From assembly GCA_009914755.4 (NCBI GenBank), contig CP068257.2:15840001-15904000 (forward strand): a stretch of DNA of 64,000 nucleotides, in the 5' to 3' direction. Positions 49,450-64,000 of the stretch are shown one piece after another. The stretch is from the human T2T-CHM13v2.0 reference genome, Homo sapiens. Numbering within the stretch: the stretch's first letter is position 1; every line of letters starts with the position of its first letter. Made by a program: the position numbers and the translations under genes. Under the pieces are notes generated by a model. That model saw nothing but the letters and a program-made list of their open reading frames with translations. It was not told where the DNA came from and did no database searches.

Positions 49450-49822
49450 TTTAAAGCCTTAGTTGGTAGAGTTAATTAGTGTTAACATATTTAAAGTGTT
49501 TTTCCCTTCTAGAAACTGGGATACTCACTATTTAGATGACTTTCAAATATTGCTAATCTCAAAGCAACTTCCTGGGAAGAAGAAAGGCAAAGGTTGGAGT
49601 TAGGGTCTGGCAGAGGGGGAAAGGAAATGGTGCAAATAGCATGGTGGTCACCTTTTTGTATAGAGTTTAGAGTATCTCAGTGACTTGCTAACCTAGACAT
49701 CTATAGTATTTGTAATTAAATGCACAAAATTACACTTGTCTTTATCAATCTTCTTCTTCATTTTCTCGAACCTCTAAATCTACTTATAAATCTTTTAACA
49801 TACTAGTTCCTGATTTGTCTAA

Positions 49823-50152
<330 letters not shown>

Positions 50153-50195
50153 TAGTGAATCATTTTTTGACTATTATTGAGTGTGTGTTTTGACA

Positions 50196-50540
50196 CAGCG
50201 TCTTGCTCTGTTGCCCAGGCTGGAGGGCAGAGGCGCAGTCATGGCTCGTTGCAGCCTCAGCTTCCCAGGCTCAAGTGATTCTCCTATTCAGCCTTCCTAG
50301 TAGCTGGGACCACAGGCGTGCACTACCACACCTGGCTCATGTTTTGATTTTTTGTAAATATGAGCTCTCACTATGATGTACCCTGCTTAGATCTACCATG
50401 CCTGGCTAATTTTTTTATTTTTTTGTAGGTATGAATTCTCACTATGTTGCCCAGGTTGGTCTTGAACTCCTGGACTCAAGTGATCTTTCCTCCTCAGCGC
50501 CTCCGAAAGTGCTGGGATGGTTACAGGGGTGAGCCATATT
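50196..50540 (-). mobile_element. Old, disrupted Alu antisense: right-arm complement 50196-50345 and left-arm complement 50394-50540, with an intervening scrap.
   Basis: gacacagcgtcttgctctgttgcccaggctggagggcagaggcgcagtcatggctcgttgcagcctcagcttcccaggctcaagtgattctcc... / ...ctaatttttttatttttttgtaggtatgaattctcactatgttgcccaggttggtcttgaactcctggactcaagtgatc... Confidence 0.7.
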
Positions 50541-50770
50541 ATTGTGTTTTTATAGTAAGTCTTCTGATTTCTATGATTCGAATTCAGCATTCACATTCAG
50601 AATGTGTTCTCCCTTTAAAATAGTAACCCTTATGACGGGTTTTGACATTTTTCACAAAGCTCAATATTAAATAAGTTCTTCATAACATTTGGTATTAAGG
50701 TCATATCCCCTTTCCAAGCAACCGAACAAGCATGTAAGACTTTGGAATATAAATTTAAGTTCCTCTTATT

Positions 50771-51076
<306 letters not shown>

Positions 51077-51776
51077 TTATTTGTAAAACTTTTCATTTTT
51101 TTGTTAATTTCTTTGGAATGGCGCCAGATATTTCGAGAAGAATCATGTATCAGTGTGTAATCTTTTTTCCTTTATTTCATCCTAGAGATAGCTGAAAGAT
51201 AACAGCTCTTTTCGTCTATAGAATGAAGAATACGTAGTTGTGATTTTAGAGTATCCACAATAAAAGTTTTTCTTAACATACTTCTTTTATGTCAACAACT
51301 ATACATAAAGTAGCATCAGTGTTCATTTCTTCTCAGATTTGCTAACATTTCTCATCAAAAAATAAGTATCCTGTCTTTCCTTCCATCAGTATGTGACCAG
51401 GCTCGCTCAATTCCCTGAGCTGTTTCTCCCATGTAGGCTTCATTGTTCGGGTTCTTTGCTTCTCTGGATGCACAGTCACCCCAGGGCTCCCTTCTCATGC
51501 CTTATGGTCCTCTCTCCCATCACCGGTCTGCCTTCAGATAGCTCCTTCCTTTCACTTTCCCTCTACTCTGAGCTCCCTCCTTCTACTTGTCCAAGGCTGG
51601 AAGGGAGAAGGCTGACTGAATAAGTCTAGGGACACACCCTCCAGAGAGGAAGCACGTTCACTTCCAGTTAAGTTAGTATGTGCTTCAGAATAGGGACATG
51701 TAAATACCTAGAGGAAATGTATAAAACAGAGGAGGAAGCAATTAACACTGCCTGTGGGGATCAGGGGAACTTCTGA

Positions 51777-52122
<346 letters not shown>

Positions 52123-53018
52123 TGACTAGAGGTGCTCTCTGGGGACAAGGTGGAGCAAGAGAGAAAAGGGACTTTTACACATAGAAGGAAAAGCATATGC
52201 CAACAGTGTTCCACACATGTGGACTGATTTGTCTTTTTCCCCTTAGTGCCTCCTCTGATTTGTTGTTTTTATTATTGGTCCCAGACCAAAACAATCTCAC
52301 TGTTGTGGTTCATTTTGTTGTCAATTTTTTTCACTATTTGTAAATGTACCGTCATTCATTCCTAGTGCAATTTCCCTTCTCTTATACAAAGGCACTTGTG
52401 CCTGTGAACATTGTTTTGCCTGCCACTTCCCTCAGAGATCTCAAAATTGTTATCTGCTTACCTCCAGGCATCCAGACTTGCCTGATTGCTGTTTTATTGT
52501 TACAACAAAGTGCTTTGTTGACTGCTTAGATGTCAAGACAGATTATGCAGTTATGCAGTTGCCTAACTCATAATTCATAGCTCCTCTCTGTCCCTGCTTG
52601 AATTCTACAATGAGTCATGATCTTTAAAATCCCTGTGCATGTGCCATCACTGATCAGGGTTTACATCTAGTATCTTTCTGGGATAGGTTAAAAACACAGA
52701 AAATATGTTTCAAAGTGTTCCTTTTGTTTTGTTTCCTCAGCGATAGAAAAAAGAAAACCTTCATTCAACAAATATTTGTTGAATGCCAAGTGCCCAAAAT
52801 TTTGCTCTGCTAAAAAAAAACCAGTGATGATCAAGAACAGCATGAGCTTTGCCACCAAAGTCAAATGTGAAATAGTCCCTGGAGGCAGAGGGTGAGCGCA
52901 GTTTCAGTAAAGTGAGGAAAGTGCCCGTGATGAAAGCATTGTTAGTGCTAGTCCGAGGAGTAATTAGAGGACATATGTTCTGGAGGAAGGGGCTGAACTG
53001 AGACCATAGTAAGCCTAA

Positions 53019-53342
<324 letters not shown>

Positions 53343-53568
53343 CAAGAGGAGGTATCTTACACTGTGCTCGTGCTGAGTGAGGCGAGATGATGATGGAGAT
53401 GATGATGGCTGTATTATACTGTGGGAGTGGGAAGTGGTAAGAAGCTAAAGGTGCTAGAGGGTGGCTAGTCAAAGGACCTTGAGGGAGAATTAAGGTGTCT
53501 GAATCAATGAGGAGCGACCAGAGATTGTCAGACATGTCAGTGACGTCTTTTTTACAAAAGGAGTTATA

Positions 53569-53883
53569 GGCTGGATGCAGTGACCCATGCCTGTAATTCC
53601 AGCACTTTGGGAGGCTGAGGTGGGAGGATTACTTGAGCCCTGGAGTTCAAGACCAGCTTGGGCAACATAACGAGACTGCAACTCCACTGGGAAAATAAAA
53701 ATAAAAATAAAATTAGTGGGCATGGTGGCACATACCTGTAGTCCCAGCTCCTTGGGAGGCTGAGGCAGGAGAGGATCCCTTGAGCCCAGGGGTTTGAGGC
53801 CACAGTGAGCCTTGGTTGTGCCACAGCACTTCAGCCTGGGCAACAGAGTGAGACCCTGTTTCAAAAAAATAGATAAATAAAAG
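53569..53883 (+). mobile_element. Old Alu (J-like) sense.
   Basis: ggctggatgcagtgacccatgcctgtaattccagcactttgggaggctgaggtgggaggattacttgagccctggagttcaagaccagcttgggcaacataacgagac...gagaccctgtttc plus an A-rich tail. Confidence 0.85.
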
Positions 53884-56009
53884 CAATTATATAGAGAACA
53901 CTCTGGGTGAAGTATGGAGAACAAGTTAGAATGAGAAAGTGTGGTTGCAGGGAAGCCAGTTAGCAGGCTACATCCAGGCCACGTGAAAGATAATAGTGGC
54001 CTGGATATAGGTAAAAATGGTTGGATTTGGAATGTATTAAAGAGGACATAGTATGCTTTGAATGAGTGAACGTTGATACCCTGCTGCCTTTCATTTTGTC
54101 TCCAGGTTTGTGCAGATGATTGGTGATGCAGCTATTTCTTGCATCTGTGATCTTATGCAGGGATTGATTGCCAAAAGTGTTGGTAGTAGGTCACGTCACT
54201 GAGATAAGGAGTTCAAAGGAGAAATTTAGGGTTGTGCTGGGGAAACAAACAGTTTGATCAAACATCATCTCAGCTTGCTGCCACTGGTCCCCCTGCCTCC
54301 AAATCAAGTATGTGGGTTGAATTATAAAATTACCCCCATATTTTCTTGTGTTATTAGAAGTCTTCCAGCCCAGCTTTAAAACTGTCGCTGGTTTGTGCTT
54401 TCCTTATTTTAGATTCTCAGGGGATCTACAAGGATATCCCTATTACCTAAACAGACTTCTTCCTGCTCTTGAATTTTCTTGTCTCATATCCTCATTTTTC
54501 TTATTTCAGTGCCTTTATGATCTTTCACTTCCCTCTTCTCCTTCCACATTAGTCTGGATTAAGTAACTGGTATTATTCAACATTTACTTGGATTTTGCAT
54601 AAGAAGCAGTTCTTTGATGTCATTGTCTGTAATGCCTGTTCCACAGGTTTTGTAAGGATCAGATGAAATAATTAAAGCCCTTTGCATAATGCTTGACTTA
54701 CAGATAAGCAATAAATTTAAATTCCTGTGCACTTCTGTATATTAATGTACATAATTTTTTTTTCTCCTGAGAGGGACCATCCAGGCAGTTCCCTCGTGTC
54801 TTTATTGGCTAATGGATTGAAAAGTACATTTTTCCATCATTTTGCGAATTCCCAATATGTTTAAATCTTCTTGAGAATTTCTGCTGAAATCATTACCTTC
54901 ATGTCCAGTTGAACAGTATACCCTATCCATGATGAGAAACTTCACTGCTCTGTATGCAGTCTGTATTAGTCTGCTCAGGCTGCCGTAACAAAATGCCATA
55001 GACAAAATACCAATACAAAATACCATAGATGCCTTAAACAATAGAAACTTGGTTTTTCACAGCTCTGGAGTCTGGGCAGTCCAAGATTAAGATGCCAGCA
55101 AGTTTGGTTTCTGGTGAGGGCCCTCTTCCTGGCTGGTAGACAGCTGCCGTCTCCCTCTATCCTCACGTGGCAGAGAGAGTGCTCCGGTATTTCCTTCTCT
55201 TAAGCGGATGTCAGTTCCTTCTGTTCTGGGCTCTATGCTATGGCCTCATTTAATCTTAATCACTTCCTTAAAAGCCCTACCTCTAATACAGTCACATAGG
55301 AGGTCAGGGATTCAACATATGAATTTTGGGGGGGACATGATTTACTCTACCGCCGTCCCCCAAAAGTATTTTTATTCTATTAATATATTTATTAGTATAC
55401 ATTATATGTTTAATGTTATGTTCCTTTTGAAAGACCTAATTTCATTCGATGATTGTATTTGCTGTTGGGTGAATGGAACCAAAGCTGAAGGTGGCAATAT
55501 TTAGTCATACTTCTATTTATATGAGTGAAAGTCAGCATTACTCCCCAGAAGCCAAATTTTAGTAGCATCTTTTTGCTGGAGGGGACTGGTTCTACCTGAT
55601 CTGTTTGTCCTTGCTCTTTGTCTGAGGTAGGTGAGCTTGAATTTCTTACTCTGATTTTCCTGACTGTTGTTGGACATTTAGGTTGTTTTCAGATGTTTTT
55701 GTGTTTCAGAGAGCATCAGTGAGTAATATCCTTGTACATATGAGCTGTTCAGTTATGAGAGTTCAGCTGCAGTTCCTAAAAGTGGATTAGCACACTGACA
55801 TTTCACACGTCTTCTACTGCGTTGACAGTAGGTTGTGCTGATTTACTTTCTGTGTTGCCACAGTTTCCAACACTTTTGCCAAGATTGGCCTTATTGAATT
55901 TTTTTAACCACCGTCAATTTTATATTTGAAATATGTTACGTTATTCTAATTTATATTTATTTAATTATAAATATGGTTGTGTGCTCTCTTGTTAATCTTT
56001 TTTAAAAAT

Positions 56010-57240
56010 AGACTTTATTTTGTACAGCAGTTTTAGATTTACAGCAAAATCGAGCAGAAAGTACAGAGTTCCCCTGTACCCCTTTCCCCCATGCACCAAC
56101 ATCTCCCTCGCTTGTCAACACGCCCCCCACCAGAGTGTACCTTGTTAGGATTGATGAACCCGTATTGACATAACATTACCACCTAGAGTCCATAGTTTAC
56201 ATCGGGGTTCACTCTTGGTTTTGTACATTCTACGGGTTTGGACAAATGGATGACATGCAGCCACCATTATAGTATTACACAGAAGCATTTCCCTGCCCTA
56301 AAAATCCTATGTTCCGGCTGGGCGCGGTGGCTCACGCCTGTAATCCCAGCACTTTGGGAGGCCGAGGCGGGCGGATCACGAGGTCAGGAGATCAAGACCA
56401 TCCTGGCTAACACGGCGAAACCCCGTCTCTACTAAAAATACAAAAAAAAAAATTAGCCGGACGTGGTGGTGGGCACCTGTAGTCCCAGCTACCCGGGAGG
56501 CTTGAGGCAGGAGAATGGCGTGAACCTGGGAGACGGAGCTTGCAGTGAGCCAAGATCGCGCCACTACATTCCAGCCCAGGCGTCAGAGCAAGACTCTGTC
56601 TCAAAAAAAAAATCCTATGTTCCACCTATTCTCCTCTTCCCTCTTTCCCCTGCATCTGTTGATTTTTTTTTTTTTTTTTACTCTCTGTAGTTTTGCCTTT
56701 TCCAGAATGTCATATAGTTGTAATCATACAGTGGCTTTTTTCACTTAGTAATATGCATTTGTGTTTAAGTTTACTCCATGTCTTTTCATGGCTAGAGTAT
56801 GCATTTTTGACTTGGTATGCAATACTACAGAAGTAATACTATGTTCTTTTCTAATCAGGAGGTACATAATGTCCATTTGTTCTGGTGAAGGTAAATTTGA
56901 TCGTTTGATTAAGGTGATGTATACCAGATTTCTTCACTGTAAAGTTACTACTTTTTCCTCTGTAATGAAAGTGTTTTGTGGGAAGATACTTTGACATTAT
57001 GTAACAAATGCTGTTTCTCATCATAGCTTTCAGCACCAATTTTCAATATTTTGCCTGAAACAATTATTACTCTGTTTTTGCCAAATGGTGATTTTTTAAT
57101 AAGATTTTTAGTATAGTTAAATTTTTGTCTTCTTCCATAGCTTTTGTGTTTTTCTGTTCTACTTTTCTCTAAGGCTTTCCTCACTCAAAACATTATTAAA
57201 AATTCTCATGTTTACTTCTCTTTTTAAAAAACTAGTGATA
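56010..57240. mobile_element. Ancient L1 (L1M-type) fragment, interrupted by the AluY at 56315-56612.
   Basis: ...ccaccattatagtattacacagaagcatttccctgccctaaaaatcctatgttcc | Alu | acctattctcctcttccc...ttttgccttttccagaatgtcatatagttgtaatcatacagtggcttttttcacttagtaatatgcatttgtgtttaag...tccatgtcttttcatggctagagtatg... matches a very common old L1-derived repeat. Family and orientation are recalled, not verified. Confidence 0.45.
56315..56612 (+). mobile_element. Young Alu (Y-like) sense with a perfect 15-bp TSD aaaatcctatgttcc (56300-56314 and 56609-56623).
   Basis: ggctgggcgcggtggctcacgcctgtaatcccagcactttgggaggccgaggcgggcggatcacgaggtcaggagatcaagaccatcctggctaacacggcgaaaccccgtctctactaaaaatacaaaaaaaaaaattagccgg...ggagaatggcgtgaacctgggagacggagcttgcagtgagcc. 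Confidence 0.92.
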
Positions 57241-58924
57241 ACATTTCATGAGCACTTTCTAATGTTTATGACTTTAAGATTGCCAGAAGGAAAAGATCAC
57301 TGAAGACCACCTAGGTTAACAAACAGCTTAAATTTGAAAAAACAAGTGAAAGAAGCCAACGCATGTTATCAGTTCATAACATTACCTCCCTTCTAGAAGA
57401 ATAGCTTCTTCCATTCTCTCCAGTTTGCTTCCAATCTTATAGTGGAACCAGATCTTCTAAGGCCTTAGTAGGAGGTGACATCAAGGGCTAAAAAAATACT
57501 CTTTGATGAACTCATGTCACTTTGATGCTCAGATATAAGTCAGACTGTGCAGAAGAGAAGCTTTAAAGATCCAAGTGATTTAGAAACTGGAGATAAGAAA
57601 AGCAAGCAGAAAACTGGGAAATGTTATTTCAGTCACTGCCAATATGGGATGTGGTTCCGTCTGTTTATTTACATAATATGATCTAGTGCTGTGCACTTAT
57701 TAACTAGACTGCAAATACTTGCAGCTTAATAATGTGCCGCATATTTTATCACATCCTGAATTATAAATTTGAATAAAATTGTAAGAAGATCTGATATTTG
57801 ATTTACCTTTTAAACCGTGTTTCAACCTGCAAGTAGTTTGCAAGTTAAATTGTTAATCTACTTGCTGCATAAATAAAATTGGGCAGTATTAGGAAAGATG
57901 CCCAGGGCCGCTGTCTGAGACCAAGTGTCTGTCTTTTGTCTTATGTAATTTGTGTCTGTTGCGTACTTCAGCACTTGAAAAACTATTCCTCTGTGAAAAG
58001 AGGCCCTTCAGTGTTGCTAGGAAACCCAGGAACTGTTTTATATGATCTCAAGATTTTAATTCATTTCTAGTGCAACACAGTGAAGAGGAATTGAAGGCTT
58101 TAACCATTTTTTGAAAGAAAAACAAAAAACAAAAAAATCTAAAAGTCATTAAAAAATCGTTTTAAAATATCATAAGCAGCATACTCATTTAAAAAAATCT
58201 CAGAATAAAGCAGAAATGGACAGTTGTCTTCCTTAAAATCCTAATTCTCAAAAGTAGTTGCTGTTAACAATTTGACATATATCTTTTCAGATTATTTTGT
58301 TACACATATATGACTATTTTAAGGCAGTTTTTTAAAATTACTTTTTATGTATCAAACGAGAAAGAAAGATAATATAAAAACTAAGTTGTATTTTATTTTG
58401 ATCACTTTGTATAGTGTAAGTACTGAGAACATGAATTTGGGGGATTTCAACTTTTACAAATGTAGGTGTCTAATTGAAGTTATTTAACATTTTTATTTGA
58501 TTTCTACAAAATGAAAACTCTAAAAACACACAGTAACCCGGAAGTTTTTATTGTTATTGATAGCAATTTTTTATTCTCACTTATATATTCTTAGCTCCAT
58601 ATTTGAACTATTTCTTGGTTTGTTTTGGAATGAGATTTTTATTTTTAAGGGTACTTAGATTACTCATATTATTTGATGCATGATGTGTTAATAACCAAAC
58701 TAAATTTCTGAAATTGATCAAATTTATAATTCACTCATTAATTCTTTTCTATTATGTGCAAAGAACTACAGCAGGAGATAGAGGTAGCCGCAATTTGCAA
58801 TTTATTTCAGCCCTAATAGAGCTAATGATTTAATAGTAAATCAGGGCATGCATTTTAAAAGTTCGCAAAAATACAAGGTAACATGGGAAGAAGATAAGTT
58901 TCTCAACATCTAGGAAGATGTGAC

Positions 58925-59060
58925 AGGCCAGGCACAGTGGCTCAAGCCTGTAATCCCAGCACTTTGGGAGGCAAAGGCAGGAGGATTACTTGAGCCTCAG
59001 GAGTTAGAGACCAGCCTGGGTAACATAGTGAGACCTCATCTCTTAAAAAAATAAAAAATA
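58925..59060 (+). mobile_element. Free left Alu monomer (FLAM-like), sense.
   Basis: aggccaggcacagtggctcaagcctgtaatcccagcactttgggaggcaaaggcaggaggattacttgagcctcaggagttagagaccagcctgggtaacatagtgagacctcatctcttaaaaaaataaaaaata. Confidence 0.8.
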
Positions 59061-60469
59061 GAACATGTGACACAACTCTGGATGCCACCTAAGTCAGTTT
59101 CACCATAAAATTTATAGAGGAAAAAAAATTCCAAGGCAACATATGCTAAGTGCCGAGTAAGTGATACCGATGGTAGAAAGTAAAGTACAATCAGCATTCA
59201 TAGAGAAAGAAAAATCATTGTAGGGTGGAGAGGTAGAAATGCCTTAATGAATGAGATAGGAATGGAACTGAGTTTATTAGAAATAATAGAGTGTATTTAG
59301 GTTACACATTTAGGAGAAACACTTGAGATTATGTACATAAATACCAAATCATATCATTTTAAATAGAAACATGGGCATGAAATGGAGGCCAGAGTAGTTG
59401 GACTTTTGGGCTGGATCAGTGGGTTTGGATGATGTCTGATCAATATTTGCTGTATAACAAAACAACTCAAACTCTAGAGGCTTAAAACAAAAATCATGTA
59501 TTCATGATCCTGTGGGTTGCTAGTTAGACTAGGCTAGGATGGAAAATTATGGGCTCAACAGTGGGGCTGCAGAGAGCTGGTCTAGACTAGGGCTGAGTGT
59601 TCGAGGGTTGGCCAGACACCTCCGTTGCCCCCTCTGTGGTTTGTTCACACAGTGGCCGGTGACCGAGGAGGCAAGAGTGGGTGCAGCAAGGGTTTTTGAG
59701 GCCTAACCTCGGAACTACACAGGTCATTCCTGGCACATCCTGTTGGTCAAAGCTGGGCAGGCCTCAGGTTTAAGGGAGCAGGTGCAGATAATTTGAATCC
59801 CAATTTAAATTTATTTCAGGAGTGCATTTACATGTGATTGAAAGCTTACGATGGTGCCTAAACGTAAATGGTGTTGAATGTAACCAGGATTTTCTTTAGT
59901 TCTCAGTCTATTGGCTTTGACTTTATTAAAATTTTATTAGAACTGATAGTCTGTGTATATTAAGCTTATTTTAGGACTAATGGAAAGAATCATGCAGTGA
60001 CTAACTCCTCTTCATTTTGGTTTGTTCTGTCAAAATTTATTTGAAAAACAACATCAAGATAGTCATGTGGAGAATTAGGACTTTGGATTGATTTACTCCT
60101 AATTTTGCTCTAATGTGTTTTTTTTTTTTTTTTTTTTTTTTTGGTGGGAGCAGGGGAAAAGGGAGAGGAAGAGAGAGGCAGGCCCCGTGAACCATACCAT
60201 ATCTTAGTGCTTAGGGCCTCCTCCAGGTCATCATCCAGCTCTGAAGGTTGTCAGAGTCAGGTGACATAGGTCCAAATAGAGTTGCTCTTCAACAGAAAGT
60301 AGTGAAACTTAATGGTTATGCACACTTTAGATGTTTGAATTTATACTTAAGAAAATGTTGGGTAATCACAAGTAAACCATAGATGTGACAAACTAGTGCT
60401 ATGCATACTTTTATAGTATGAATAGGAAAAAAAGTTTTATGTGATTGTTCACTTACAGACTAAATTTGC

Positions 60470-60723
<254 letters not shown>

Positions 60724-60764
60724 TAAAATAAATGTGATTATTGGCTTTTTCAGAAGGGAAATAA

Positions 60765-61122
<358 letters not shown>

Positions 61123-61381
61123 TGTACATTTTTAAAAGATAAGTAAATTGACAGTGTTCCTTTTCTTTTTGAATTATCCTCATCAAAACTTATTGCTTAG
61201 AAATATTTTTAAGCATTCAATAGAAGGTTATAGAATTAAATCTAATAAAAATTTAAAGAAGCCTTAGCAGAAACTGTGTCACAGTTGATCAGCATATACC
61301 CTACCGACAGTGACTTAGTTCCCTGTGTGTTTGTGGTGAGCATGAATTAATGTAGCCTTGAATTTGTATGACATGACTGAC

Positions 61382-61739
61382 CGTATTAGTCCATTCTCAC
61401 ACCGCTATAGAGAAATACCTAAAACTGGGTAATTTATAAAGAAAAGAGGTTTGATTGGCTCTGCAGGCTGTACAGAAAGCATGGCTGGGGAGGCCTCAGG
61501 AAACTTACAATCATGGCAGAAGGCGAAGGGGAGGCAGGCACGTCCCACGTGGCCAGAGCAGAGAAGGGGGAGGTGCTGCACACTTTTAAACAACCAGATC
61601 TCCTGAGAACTCACTCACTATCAGCAAGGGGGAAATCCACCCCCATGATCCAGTCACCTCCCACCAGGCCTCTCTTCCAACACTGGGGATTACAGTTCAA
61701 CATGAGATTTGGGCGGGGTCACAAATCCAACCTGTATCA
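61382..61739 (-). mobile_element. Second MaLR (THE1/MST-like) solo LTR, antisense, about 320 bp upstream of CXADR exon 2.
   Basis: ccgtattagtccattctcacaccgctatagagaaatacctaaaactgggtaatttataaagaaaagaggtttgattggctctgcaggctgtacagaaagcatggctggggaggcctcaggaaacttacaatcatggcagaaggcgaaggggaggcaggcac...catgagatttgggcggggtcacaaatccaacctgtatca. Confidence 0.7.
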
Positions 61740-62071
61740 CTCACCTTTCAGAGATTCTAGCCAAATTCAGTTTTAAACATCTGCTTGCATATAGAAACCT
61801 TCTACCAGTAGAAACTTACATAATGTCAGGAAGTTCACAGCGTTCCTTAAGGGAATTGTATCAAATAAGATGATACTACTTGTGTCATTCTACTTTTACA
61901 AAGGCACAAATTAAAAACTGGGCATCTCTTGAGTTTGGACTCCATTCCTCGGGACCCAAACCCCGTCCTGTATCCCTCGCATCAATGTGCTGCTTCTGAA
62001 TGGCTGCGGGGCACTGTGTGGGCTGTCAGCGTATAGCAAATGCTTAGTCCCTTGTACATTTCTTTCTCTAG

Positions 62072-62238
62072 ATTTCGCCAGAAGTTTGAGTATCACTACT
62101 CCTGAAGAGATGATTGAAAAAGCCAAAGGGGAAACTGCCTATCTGCCATGCAAATTTACGCTTAGTCCCGAAGACCAGGGACCGCTGGACATCGAGTGGC
62201 TGATATCACCAGCTGATAATCAGAAGGTGGATCAAGTG
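62072..62238 (+). CDS. CXADR: CXADR coding exon 2 (167 nt, phase 1 to 0): (D)[55 protein letters not shown]. Covers the signal peptide end and the start of the Ig-V (D1) domain.
   Basis: Translation matches the known CXADR protein. Polypyrimidine tract plus AG acceptor at 62070-62071. GTAAGT donor at 62239-62244. Confidence 0.93.
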
Positions 62239-64000
62239 GTAAGTTTGATATGTCCTTGCTCGCTTAGCAGCTGTCTGTGCAACTATCTGATGTGTCCATC
62301 ACCTTGCCAGTCACATGGATGGGCTGCAGGGAGCTAGGAAGGAAGCCCCCCAACTTCTCAGGCTTTATGGTCTGGGTGAGGAAGGCAATTGCTCTGGTGG
62401 AAATTGAGGACACATGTAATGGAGGGAAATAGATAATGAGTGTGACCTAAGGTTACAGAAGAGCAAAAGATCACTGGAGTTCTTAGAGACACTTCAGGGA
62501 AGAAGAGGAACTTATGAAAGTTCTGACAATCTGGATTTGAGGCGGGGAATAGCAGAGGCCTAGATGGAGCAGGCATGACGTTGAGACAGGAGTGTGTGTT
62601 GTGTTAGGAGATGGCACATAACTGTGCTTTGTTAAACGTTAGACAGAATTGAAATTTTTAAGTTTTACCCAAGGATTCTGTCAGCAGTAGAAGTGTCATT
62701 AGCTATGGTGTAACAACTACATAGTATTACAGTCTATTTTCCTTATTTTTTCAAGTTAAATATCCTGTCCAATGAATTTTTTAAAAGACAAAATCTTTTT
62801 AAATTTATTTTTTTTACTTTGACTTTAAAACTTCCCAGTGTAAAAATGAAGTCTTTAGAGCAAAAAACAATCTATAAAATATTTAGTCTTAAATTTAAAA
62901 AATCTTAAAACATTGTTTCAGTATTTTTTCTAATCAAAGTAATAAGAGTCTAATGTAGAAAACTTGGAAAGCCAAAAATAGCACAGAGGAGGAAACATGC
63001 CTAATAATCTCATCTCCAAATATATGTCATGTTTTACCTTTTCAATGGTTCTAGAATACTTTATTTAGAATGTTGCATATTGGCTTTGTCTGACACATTT
63101 AATTTTTTAAAAAGTTAATAAATTATATTAGATCAGGGAGAGGAAAATAAGTCCAAATATTTAGGTAAATATAGTAATATATATATTTGGAAGAGAAATT
63201 TTGTTTTTACTTCATTTGTTCATGTAAAAGAAGGGGATATTTAAAAGTTACAAGTAACATCCTTCCATTTAATGGCTGAATCAGTGCAGTTAGGTAATTA
63301 ATATTTTTGGCAAACCCAGTCGGTTTGCCCTTGATGTTTATGTTAAGGAAATAATTAAGGTGCTTTCCCAAGTTGTGAGTGACTAGAGCCACCCCCTCCA
63401 AAGATGTAACCTCTGCCCTGATTCTGTTACCAGAACTTCTTTCTGTTTCCCTGAGCAAAATAAATCGGGCCTGACTCATTTTATCTACTCAGCCTCGTTG
63501 CCCTGTTCCCTGTCACTCTTACCTCCCCCTTCTCTCCCTTCTCTCTCTCTGGAGGTGCTGGCACCTAGAGTACAGGCTCCTGTCTGAGGTCCTGCAGTTC
63601 CCCGTTCCTGTGACAGTGCAGTGCCTGTCCCGCTTTAGAGCCCAGGACTCTGATCCTGTGCGTAAGATAGGGGAAGCCTAGGAACCATATGGAGAGCGTG
63701 GGTCTTCCGTGCTTCTGCTGAGTGAAGCTTGTGACCAGGTGCATGTAGAGACCAAGAAGCACTGTGCCCTGAGCCATTAGCGTGTCTGTTAATGAGAAGA
63801 AGACTCCAAGTCGTCCATGCTGAGTGAGAGGCACGGCTTTGCCGTCTACAGGAGTTGTAAGATAAATGTGAAACTGGGACTTGACTCTGAGTGACCGTTT
63901 CTGGGTTAAAAACCTAGCTTCTAACCTAAAACACAGTCACATCAGACCAAAAGAAAGAAGGGTTAGGAAGAGATTGATGCAGAAGAGGATGCATACATGG

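Noticed and set aside
59570-59790. Moderately GC-rich patch in intron 1 (ggccggtgaccgaggaggcaagagtgggtgcagcaagg...), considered as an orphan CpG island or enhancer.
   Set aside because: Only a handful of CpGs, far below CpG-island criteria. Nothing sequence-intrinsic supports a regulatory call, and this cannot be assessed without conservation or chromatin data.

Overview
This window is primate, almost certainly human, nuclear DNA: the 5' end of CXADR (coxsackievirus and adenovirus receptor, chromosome 21q21.1), on the + strand. A promoter CpG island of about 1.3 kb (27530-28820) contains coding exon 1 at 28179-28221, which starts the signal peptide (MALLLCFVLLCGVV + G) behind a perfect Kozak context and ends in a GTGAGT donor. 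Intron 1 is 33,850 bp (28222-62071). Coding exon 2 (62072-62238, polypyrimidine/AG acceptor, GTAAGT donor) translates to (D)[55 protein letters not shown], which is the start of the CXADR Ig-V domain. Everything else is repeat-dominated non-coding DNA. Over 55 Alu insertions make up roughly a quarter of the window, several with clear target-site duplications, nested Alu-in-Alu insertions and one perfect head-to-head inverted pair. There are two 3' fragments of primate L1 in antisense, two older L1 fragments, two MaLR (THE1/MST-like) solo LTRs, MER5-like hAT relics and several microsatellites. Intron 1 carries an antisense processed retrocopy of BTF3L4 (33537-34085) whose ORF is still open. About 0.7-2.6 kb upstream of the CXADR promoter there is an unclassified palindromic (hairpin) repeat family with three related copies, one embedded inside an Alu. 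Next to it lies a CT-rich (TCC)n-like tract of about 200 bp. I see no evidence for a novel gene system in this window. It is a typical Alu-rich human gene 5' region, and the items worth follow-up are the BTF3L4 retrocopy, the palindromic repeat near the promoter and the inverted or young Alus. Coordinates of repeats are approximate (about 10 bp either way). Family assignments come from memory of consensus sequences, not from a database search.
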